DNA from: Dicyema japonicum
Lineage: Eukaryota; Animalia; Dicyemida
Length of the DNA: 32,367 nt
Reading direction: 5' to 3'
Assembly (NCBI GenBank): GCA_011109175.1
Contig: RDEW01000141.1
Coordinates: 11,130-43,496 of the forward strand
Shown: positions 22,986-32,367 of the stretch, in pieces
Layout of the letters: each line of letters opens with the position of its first letter
Numbering within the stretch: position 1 is the stretch's first letter
Notes under the pieces: generated by a model
What the model was told of the DNA's origin: nothing
What the model saw: the letters and a program-made list of their open reading frames with translations, nothing else
Database searches by the model: none
Translations under genes and position numbers: made by a program

Positions 22986-24009
22986 CCTATATTTCCTGGT
23001 GGTCTTGGGGTTAAATAAATCCAAATCGTGAAAATGATTCTTTCCCTTTCGAAGGAACATTAAATAAAATAAATTAACAAATATTATTGTCATTAAAACA
23101 AAATCCATAATCATGATAACATTTAATTAATAAAACTTAATCATGAGTTGCTTAAGATCTCAACCATAAACAATGACGACTCAGTTTTATAGCGTATAAT
23201 CGAGTAATTCGAGGATATCTGTGGGAGGCACATACATATTGATACACTTCTTTTGGGATAAACGCAACATGAGAACCGAGCAGGTACAGTCTTTTGGTGA
23301 TTTCAACTATATTTTAAGACGCTATAAACTCTAATATTAGAGAGAATCCATCCTAGATCGCGAAAGCTATTACTGGCGATGTAGCAAAACTCAAAAACCG
23401 CACCTGGTCGGCTAGAGAGTAGAGTGAAATTCATTTTCAATTGTATTTGAAAGGTTCTAGGACCTTTCAAGTTCCATATTTGGATAATTCGTGAAAATCT
23501 AATTATGAAATTAAGTTCAGGAATCAATGTAGGTCCTGAAATGAGAATGGCTTTTGTTTCGTGAAGAATCCATATATAAGTAAAGACAGAGAACAGCAAT
23601 TATCGTATACGCGCAAGTTCTGCAACCGATAAACTTAGGTCTGCTTCCAGCATCTTGTTCTCTTCGAGGGTCCCTATAGCTGCGTAGACATAAAGTCGAG
23701 TATATTTTTGATACAGCTATGGCCTTTTTCTAGAGATGGGATTCTCCGGCGTGTCTTTTTGGTGGTCAGTGAAGGTTCTTCGGATACGTCTGTTCTTGGT
23801 GGAGTCACCTCATATCCCCAAGCATTTGATTTACGCTTGGCTTAGAGAGAAGGGTAAAATTCAATTCTAAATACTTTTAGGACATTTATTACCTGGAAAA
23901 TATTCATCATTTAAGGCTAAAGCAGGAATTTGGTTGAATTACTATCAGAACTTTTTAACCATAAAGTATCTGAGGATATCTGAGGAGGTAAATTATTTAT
24001 AAAATAGTA

Positions 24010-24550
24010 ATTTAAAAATATTTTCCATATCTGCATAAAACAGCCTTTTTATAGCTGTCGGAATGTTCGAGGAATGTCAATAATGATCGGGTATCGTCAT
24101 GTTCTAGATCATATCTGATATTTAAGTTAATCAATGTTTTGATGCAAAGTGAAAACAGCGAGAGATCAAGAAACGCGTTTGGATTTCTAGGAACAGTCCC
24201 ACATTTTTTGTTGATTGTGGTTGCACACATAACCAAATAATGTTCTGTTCTAACATTCGAGGACTAAATCGAATGACAGAGTGGGTCATTAGCATTCAGG
24301 TCATAGAAAGTGAGTTGGATATACAGTTGCGATAGTTGCAGAGTGGAATATATATGAATAAGAGTGACCAAGCCACCACCATGAGACCAATTGAGTGTCT
24401 ATGAATCTTGTTAATTGGGAGGTAGTAAATATTATTCATCATGGCAGAAGAACAATATCGATTTGCGTCTTGCTAGAAAGTCGTCTACATCACGTGCTTT
24501 GGTTTAGTTCCATTGATGTTCAGTTGTAGGATGTTCGGAGGATCTCATTG
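24010..24550 (-). mobile_element. LINE AP-endonuclease remnant
   Basis: ILQLNINGT, GGGLVTLI, DLNANDPL; disrupted. Confidence 0.75.
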
Positions 24551-24651
24551 CAGCTAAAATATAAAAATATTTTTATTTTAATTAAAATAATAGTTTCCAT
24601 TTTATTAAAATAAAAAATTTTTGATTCATAATTAGAACAATTGCAGTGAGA

Positions 24652-25503
24652 ATGTTCCAATTACTAGGTTTACAAACTAAATTAATAATAGGAATATATA
24701 CATGTTTAGTAGGCAATACAGATGTGTTCCAGAATACTGACACTTTTGAAAAGTTGCATGATGTACCTTTGTGGGGTGGAGTAAAGAACGATCAAGTTGT
24801 ATCGTTATTCAGTGGAATAATAGAAGTTGAATATAAAATTAATAATACTGTAATCTCGTTTATTTAATAAAAGATTAAAAATGATAATTTAATTGACGCA
24901 TCTTTTGATTTTCATTTTAGTGAACAAAATAGTGAATATAGTTACCTTAAATGGACGAAAAATGATATAGAATTCAGAATATTATTTAAAAATGTTTCAA
25001 ATGTAATATTTGTTTGGTGGGGATTAGAATTGAATTCACATCATACATTTAAGAGTACTCCAGCTTCGAAAATTTTAAATAACGGTTATTATAACTGCAG
25101 TGAAATTGTTGTAACTATTCCTAATTACGGAACTATAAAAATAAAAAATATGAAAATGCAAATATTTAAAACTGACAATAATAAAATATTTACAGGAAAT
25201 GGTAATTATTATAACTCACATTTAGCCCACGGATGTGATTTTGAAAGAAATCTCCGATTCAAGTCAACACCCCATTTGACTAAAAAATTAACTACAGCTC
25301 GAAGTTACAGAACAACTCATGTTACTCTAAATAAAATAAACTCCCATGCAATCAGTAATAATAATTTTAATTTAGAAAACAAATATTTAATACCGATTTG
25401 TGGAATTTGCGGAATTGTCTTTATCATTGCTATCGGTTTCATAATAAAATATAAAAGAAGAAGGCGTTTTTATCCACTAGGGATTGAAATATTCAATTAT
25501 TAA
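24652..25503 (+). CDS. LAMP-like type I membrane glycoprotein, 3 exons, about 267 aa, intact frame
   Basis: Introns at 24668-24691 and 24850-24873 (24 nt each) give one open frame with a short hydrophobic N-terminus, several N-x-S/T sequons, LAMP-like GYYNCSEIVVTI...IKNMKMQIFK, a TM segment YLIPICGICGIVFIIAIGFII and a basic tail KYKRRRRFYPL. The family assignment is by recalled pattern only. Confidence 0.6.
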
Positions 25504-25570
25504 TATTATTCTATTATAATAATGACTTACAAATTCATTAGTCGATTAATATTATAGTTTATTTAGTTTT

Positions 25571-25660
25571 GATCCCCGTCGACATAAATGACGCTGAGTT
25601 CTTTCTCAAGATATCCTCGATGATCAACTGAAGGAGTATATAGCTTCTGAGAGTAGCCAG
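25571..25660 (-). repeat. Short LINE 3'-end fragment homologous to 11574-11633
   Basis: gatcccc..gacataa..gacg.t.ag.tc...gatcaactg is shared between the two loci. Confidence 0.6.
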
Positions 25661-25789
25661 GCGTCAAAATCTTAATGATAGTATAATTATTATGGACAGA
25701 CACATTCATAATTAGTATTTTATTATTTAAATTTTTGTATTGTAGGCAAAATAATGACTAATTATTCTATTAAGACGGGAATAAGATCA

Positions 25790-26150
25790 GGTTCAGATCA
25801 GGTTTCGTCCGTTGGCGAATGGAAAAGTCGTCATCCCATCAGGGCGTTTTCCATCGTTTCGGGAAAGACCAGCAGGTTCTAACAGGCAATGGTGTCCAGC
25901 AGTGGCAAGGGAATTCTTTAATGTCATGTTAAGACAGGAGTGCCTGGGGAAACGACCCGCACTCATCTTGCATGACAAGGGATGATAACCAAAAGGATCG
26001 ATCCAACGTCCACAGCGGCATTTTCTTTCGGCACACAATTTAAGACCAAGACGAAGCGAGGTAGCTATTCTCACAGCCTCATCATCCAACAGGTTTCCAA
26101 TTTCGGCAGATGGATAATTTTTTTGCATAAAAATAAAATGCACTCGAAAT
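25790..26150 (-). mobile_element. CRE-like element C-terminus: CCHC finger + restriction-like endonuclease
   Basis: LLDDEAVRIATSLRLG, CRCG...HPLSC...GRFPRH, LEPAGLSRNDGKRPDG. Confidence 0.88.
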
Positions 26151-26959
26151 CTAACATAGCCTTTTACAAATTCTTCGAGTTGAATGCAAATAACTTTATT
26201 AATTTCCTAAATTTTTACACTGTTCGTCTACAAGAATAACCGATCAATAGAATCGACAGCATTTGCTGCGACCTTCTAGCCGCTAGACTCCTACACGTAA
26301 GTGAGGCCAGTGTTACTAACTATTAGTTATAAAAATTTTAGGAAATCGTGAGTAAAGCAAGAATTTCAGAAAGGCTGCTTTGGAACCACTGAAGGTGCTA
26401 ACGTCGGTAGAAATATCATCGATTTCTTTGGATCAGGTTTTATTGGGGAATAGGCAGATTGAGCTTATAAACATTCACCACTTCAGAAATGCTTTAGAAA
26501 CACAAGACCTTTTGTTTGCCGTGATGACCTGACCTTATTCGAAAAATGGAATGAACAGTTTGTGAATTTACACTCATTTTCTATTTTGATTAGCTTTTGT
26601 TTTCACTTGTGTTGATTAGTCTACTTTTACAACTCCATTGAATAAAATTTGTAGCCGTCTCAGACTACTTTTTTATTCTCCGCTAATTGTGAGATTGGGC
26701 CGATGCTCGGTAAACAAATTGTTTGTATAGAAGCTCCACCAAAAAGATGGGAGATACAATAGAATGCAAAAAATCCTTAAGAATTCCTATTTTCTTGTCG
26801 AGGCTACCATGTCCACTTGATGTGTTAATAATAACAACGAGTCCGGGTGAATTCTAAGAGAAGGAAGTCTTCCTAGTGGGGATCAGGCAATCATGCAAAT
26901 TGATTGCTGGAGATATCCATCTCCCTTTCCCTTAAAAAGTGATCACGTTACATACGCTT

Positions 26960-27150
26960 ACGTGGTAAGACTTTCAGATACCCCCTCAAGAATCGAGACC
27001 CACAAAGTTTAATGCCTCTTGTACGAAGCCTGCTGCCTTCTCGGGTCTTCGATGTCTTGCTGCCATTACGAGATCACAAGGAATTTTAAGTAACTAGAGA
27101 TGAAAGGTCATTGGGAACACGTTAAACAATGTTAGAGACGAGTAGGAGAT
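26960..27150 (+). mobile_element. Possible Ty3/gypsy RT remnant
   Basis: Only HWEHVKQC*RRVGDAGL resembles the gypsy EHLEHLRQVLQRLREAGL segment. Confidence 0.3.
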
Positions 27151-27396
27151 GCGGGTTTGATTTTTTTGTTTATAGAGATCGTTGATGAAGTAATCAAGTC
27201 ATAACTTGGTGTGGATGGATGTTATGAAGATTTTCTCAGTCATGAAGATCTTCTGAAAGACTGAATCAAGGGTTATTTTTTAAATAAAATTATTATAGGA
27301 ACGTAAGACTTCACTAAAAAAGGAAGAAATCTTCAATCATGATGCCTCATAGAGCACGTGCCAAAATGTTAATTTTCCGGGTTTTTATTATTTTAG

Positions 27397-27545
27397 TACA
27401 TAGTCCACGTGGTCAAAGTTGAGGAAAAAGTGTTATCTGTTGGGGATGAAATAGAACTAGAGTTGGACAAGGAGAGGAGAATGGGCTGCATGCGGAGTCA
27501 CTCAGCATCGCACATTGTGAACTTTGTTTTGTGGAAGTTTTTCAG
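27397..27545 (+). pseudogene. Orphan exon of an alanyl-tRNA synthetase (editing-domain region)
   Basis: YIVHVVKVEEKVLSVGDEIELELDKERRMGCMRSHSASHIVNFVL matches the AlaRS GY-V-L-H...L-x-VGD-x-V-x-L-x-x-D-x-x-RR...HxxxH region. It follows an AG (27395-27396) and is joined directly to LINE sequence. Confidence 0.75.
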
Positions 27546-28990
27546 TAATATTGGTCAACGCGTATCTTCCACCTTTGAGTTCCTGCTCTGTACTCCTTCA
27601 GTGAATTTGAAAACAGAGCAGGAACTCACTTTCTGTGCTACAGATTCACTCTTCTCATATTACTGAAGGATGTGATTATCTGTGGTGACTTGAATGCGAA
27701 GCACTTATTGTGGTTGACAAGACAAGCCCATGACAAAGGGGGAAGATGCTAATTGAGGACCATCAAAGTCTCTGCATACTCAACGGTCCGGCTTTCCATA
27801 CAAGAACACTTACTAAACCCTCATCCATTGGAACTAGATAGGATTCAAGGATATGTCGATACTTGCATTGGACACTTGAATTTCCCCACTCCTCCCTCCG
27901 TTGAAAAATTAGTGAAATGGTTCAACTCCACCGAAAAAGAAGTACATTCCAATGCAACCTACGTCATCAAAATGTTTCAACACAACGACGAAATGTTTGA
28001 TCAGAGAACGAAATAATGTAAAGATGGTGAAATCACCAACAGAAGAGAACATCAGAAAATACGAGAACTGAAGAGATAGATCGACAAGAACATAAAGGCA
28101 GAATATGTAAATAGATGGACGAGACTAACGAAGGTTCTCTGCAGGGAGTCCCCGATGCAGATAGTCTAGAAATGGATCAAGAACATCAAAAGATCCTCTC
28201 CAGAGACTAAAGGCAAGTCTACATCCAATCAGACAGCCTGATATTATACTTCTATCTCCAAGGATTTTTCAAAATAACACCAAGTATTCCTGAAAGAGAT
28301 TGAACCGAAACGCTTTGATGACTAGATCCTCTTTACTAGCCAGGATGTCCATGAGCAATATCCAAAGGCAACAACTCAGAGGTCAAGAGACCAGACAACA
28401 TAACCGCATGCGAACTGAAGACCTAGTTTTTGTAACTATTAGCCTACATCTTCAGCCTAACACGAACAAAATCCCTGAAATATGAAAAAAGTCCCTTATC
28501 AAATCTATTCGAAAACCAAAAAAACCAATAAATGAACCATCATCCTATTCTGAGTCCGGTCTCAAGGATTTTTGAAAGGCTTGTTCTGGAAAAATGCGGG
28601 ATTCAATCTCAATACCTTCGTCCCGTCATTGAAACTATCCGCAATCCAAGAGACTGCAGTATAGTTGATCGGACAGAACACAAGATCCAACAAAAATCTT
28701 ATAATCGAATTACAACGAAAATTCTTAAAAGCGGCCAGTCTACAGAGCTGTCCCTGTTTCATATACTATCGAAATATCTACAAACATGTAAAAAGTTTGA
28801 GCGATGCATGCCAAATAAGAAGAGCAGTACAGGATTATCGACTCCGCCGGACCTAAGACAGACCATTGCGGAACCCTCTTTTCAGCAAAAATTTGAAAGT
28901 GGAACTTTAGGTTGTACGCAGTTAATCCGACTGACTCAGCCAAATTATCATAAACTGATGAGTAAAATTATCATAATTTTAAAATAACTA
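27545..28990 (+). mobile_element. Decayed APE-RT LINE, family B
   Basis: ILVNAYLPP and IICGDLNAKHLLW (APE, homologous to 13180-13350); IRKPKK...PILSPVSRIFERLVL (RT region). Confidence 0.8.
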
Positions 28991-29009
28991 ACATGAAACT
29001 TATAGAAAA

Positions 29010-30307
29010 TTAAAAGAGACTTTCTAAGGCATCCACTAAATACTCGATGTCATTGATGTTTAAGGCAGATAGGTTAATCCTCCCATTAAATCCAAGCATA
29101 ATGTTATATTTGTCACTGAGAGTGGTTATCTGATTATCTAAATATTATTGTGAGTACAACCAGTTAAGTTAAAACAATAAAAATATCCTACAGTTATCCC
29201 AAAATCATTGAAGGGCAAATTTCGCTTTTCCAGCTCATTCTGCAACAACATTTTGACCTCATTAACTCTTAAACGTATTTCTAGTAGTTCAAGTTTCCAT
29301 TTATTTTTTAATATTTTATTTTCTAACAAAAAACTAATGACAAAGGCTCCAAATCCGGGAGGATTGCCATAAACAGGGGATATTAGTGATTTAAGTACTC
29401 CGGTAATTATGTCTACAAGACTATGCTGTGAACAAATACAGCACAGACTACCAACTCGTTCGCCTAAACATAACGTGTAAATCCACCACAAAGACCAAAG
29501 AATTTTGAGAGATTGTGGGAGACTACAACATTCAGATTTTCGCGTTCAAACAAACGAACGGGAAAGGCATCTTCGCTCAGTCCTCTCCCTAATCCCTGGT
29601 AGCAAATATCAAAAAATGGAATCAAATGTTTTTCCTAGAAAATATCATAAAAATATGACCTTAACTATTGCAAGCAAATCCTTCCACTGTGTGGTACTCA
29701 GGTCATGTCCTGTTGGATTATGGCATATCCCCGACAATAGAACTGCAGATCCGGATTTTGACAGCTACTATAAGCAAAATCTAACCAATATATCATTTTT
29801 GAGATTTTCAAAGTCAATTTTCCTGTTATTGTAATCAAAATATCTATAAGACCTAGTTTTGAGGTTAGTGAATATATTGGGATATTGGTCTTTAAGGTAA
29901 ATTACATAATACTCCAAGATTGCATTGGTATTAGGATTTCCGTGACCCCAAATACTTTAATGAGTACTTCAGTTCCCAAGCTAAGACCACCATTCCCTCC
30001 CAATGTTTGAACAGCAGTGACCTAATTTAGTCAGATTACAATATATACTCTGTTTTCCTTTATCGCCAATGATTTAGAACCCAGCAGGAGTTTGTTGGCT
30101 TCCTGGCATAACTTTGAATTGCCAGAGAAGGGAACCGGACAATTATACTGATAGATGCTATCGTTTATTATTTTCTTTTCCACCAGATTTGTTATTTTAA
30201 AAGAGTAGACATGATAGTTCCCATCCATGCATTCTGCCATTGTTAACATATTGTGAACCTCCCAATTTGAGATTAAGAGTACTTTCTGGTGTATTTTTTG
30301 GTAACAT
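29010..30307 (-). CDS. Aspartate-aminotransferase-family (GOT-like, fold type I) enzyme, divergent, 8 exons
   Basis: VQTLGGNGGL, QSW, CHNPTGHD, PFFDICYQG, HNLSKFFGLCGERVG (PLP lysine), YGNPP, GRINLSAL. Introns at 30234-30258, 30022-30048, 29890-29912, 29765-29785, 29635-29659, 29464-29486, 29138-29160 (21-27 nt, GT-AG). One +1 correction near 29103. The start codon is uncertain. Confidence 0.9.
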
Positions 30308-30421
30308 TATTATTTTCTAATATTCATTGAAACAGATGCGACTTTAAAATTAAAATTAAATTTTTATTTTAAATATTTTGTAAATTTTTATTAATAATAA
30401 AATATAATTTTTATAGCATTT

Positions 30422-32367
30422 TTTTTGGTTGAGCTGGTGACGTGGCTCTTGAACTCAATGTCTGGAAAACACAATATCAAGCCATTGGACTTCTCCCTTT
30501 TCACGTTTAACGTCCGGGAACTCTCTAGCGTTTGAAAACTGAAGGAACAGTTCTTAATTATTTTGCCTGCCTTTAGGAGACCAAACTAATCAACGGGATC
30601 GAAGAACAACATGGGAACTTTCGACTAATCTTCCTTCCAGGTGGAACAAGCACTATGGACTAGGATTTTCCGTCAGGAATGATCTATCCAAGAGAGTCTG
30701 CCGATATTACAGTGTGAATGATAGAATCGGGGTGTTGCAATTGAAACTGGATGACCGGTTACGACCGATGAGACATTCATGGGAAGGCATGGTAAGGGGA
30801 AAAGAAATTTCCCGGGAACGAACAATCTATTTTTATGCAATACAGCCTTCATGCATCCAGCTAGACATAAATCTACGTGGTGGGACACAAAACAAATCCC
30901 GAAGGGCGAGTGATAAATATGTACAACCACATCGACTATATCATATGCAGACAAAAAAATTGAGGGATTATACTTGATTCACGAGCTTATGGCGGATCGA
31001 CAGCGACAACAAAATGGTTATTGCTAGACTTTCTCTAAAGAGATTTATGGTACTACAAAGAACGAAATGGAAGCACATAACCCAACTATAGACGTTATAA
31101 CTTGGAATCCTTAATCAGTCAATCAGAAGGGGCCTTAGCATTCAAAGAATATCTGGATGCAGAACTAGAAAACATGCCTACAGATTTGCCCCCGGAAAAT
31201 CCTGGGATTTTGTAAAGCAGTCAATACACAAAGGAGCCAATCTGCATCTATTGAAAGAAAATGAAAAAATCCCATCCGCACAATGAAATTTACACGGTGA
31301 AGGACCTTGCCAATAAACAGAAGACCATATGGATGCTATATCAAAATACTGACGATTCGAATGTAAAATCAAAATTGCGGCTAGAAAGAAAAACTATCAA
31401 AGCAAAAATAAGAAAAACTATACGCCAGCATAACAGAAATAAGCACTGGACCAGATTAAGAAGATAGAATCTCTCAAGGACAACGCTAGATTTTACGAGG
31501 CTGTGAAACAGATGAAAGGAAAGAGCCCATCAACCGATAATGATAAGAGGATGACAAAAACGCAAATGGACTGGCTGAAATTATCGCTGCCCACTTTGGA
31601 AAACTTTTGACCCAAGGAACGACACTATCAACCTAGAACGAGGAAAATTGGACGAGGAAATCACACCATATGAAGTTGAACTTGCGAGTTCCAAGTTGAA
31701 AAACAACAGGACTCCTGGCCCCGACGGACTCGCTGGTGAATTCTTCAAATATGGAACCCAAAAGCTGTATGAATGCATCGCTAGGATCCTGAATGAAATG
31801 TACTATTATGGTCACACGCTGACCCTGGGAGAGGGTATCTTGATACCTGTACAGAAGGCGAATAAACCAAGATCTAAGGTGGAGAACCTCCGTCCGGTCA
31901 TATTAATGAATTCACTTCGGAAAATTCTGGCGAACAAACATTACAAAGGATGGAAGGACGCCTAGATACTTTTCTGTCGCCATACCACAGCGGATTCCGA
32001 AAAGGAAGATCTACTTCCGATGTTTTGTGGTCCCACAAGTGGAGATCTGCGGCCGTTCAAAAGTTCAAAATGTCTACAACCATCCTCGGAATCGACATTT
32101 CGAGGGCCTTCGACTCTGTCGACAGACGGAGGCTAATACTGGTTTTGGAAAGTTTCCTAGACGCTTCAACTGTCAGAATGGCCACCACCCTCCTAGCTGA
32201 TACTTGGCTCACTGTAAGAGTCGGGGGAGCCTTGTCTCGCCGATTTGAGACGACTGTTGGCACTCCACAGGGAGACCATTATCACCTATTCTTTTTGTCA
32301 TATACCTTGAAGCTGCTTTACGGGAGTCAAAACCGATAATGGGTGAAAAGACAAACATTATTGCGTA
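30422..32367 (+). mobile_element. RTE-like APE-RT LINE, decayed, truncated by the window edge
   Basis: FTFNVR (APE start), EITPYEVELASSKLKNNRTPGPDGL, KVENLRPVIL, SGFRKGRSTSD, LGIDISRAFDSVDR, GTPQGD. Confidence 0.9.

Noticed and set aside
23303-23599. 98-aa hydrophobic minus-strand ORF
   Set aside because: No recognisable domain, flanked by LINE debris, no supporting splice structure.

Overview
AT-rich eukaryotic nuclear DNA in which a few intron-rich genes are packed among decayed retrotransposons. Recognisable genes are TRIP4/ASC-1 (minus), ANAPC2 (minus), an animal/plant-type mRNA capping enzyme RNGTT (plus), a LAMP-like type I membrane protein (plus) and an aspartate-aminotransferase-family enzyme (minus), plus an orphan alanyl-tRNA synthetase exon. 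These five genes carry about 38 hand-predicted spliceosomal introns of only 21-27 nt. That points to a reduced animal lineage (a dicyemid or myxozoan parasite is a guess, not shown). At least two introns can be spliced in frame only with a non-canonical GT...TG boundary. Mobile DNA includes single-ORF APE-RT LINEs (two with degenerate 2A/StopGo motifs), RTE-like and CRE-like elements, a tRNA-headed SINE family (3 copies, an inverted pair bracketing RNGTT) and several target-site duplications up to 44 bp. Many single-base homopolymer indels in conserved genes suggest a noisy long-read assembly, so frameshifts and single-base oddities need read-level checking. All homology calls are from manual translation and remembered family motifs; no search was run.
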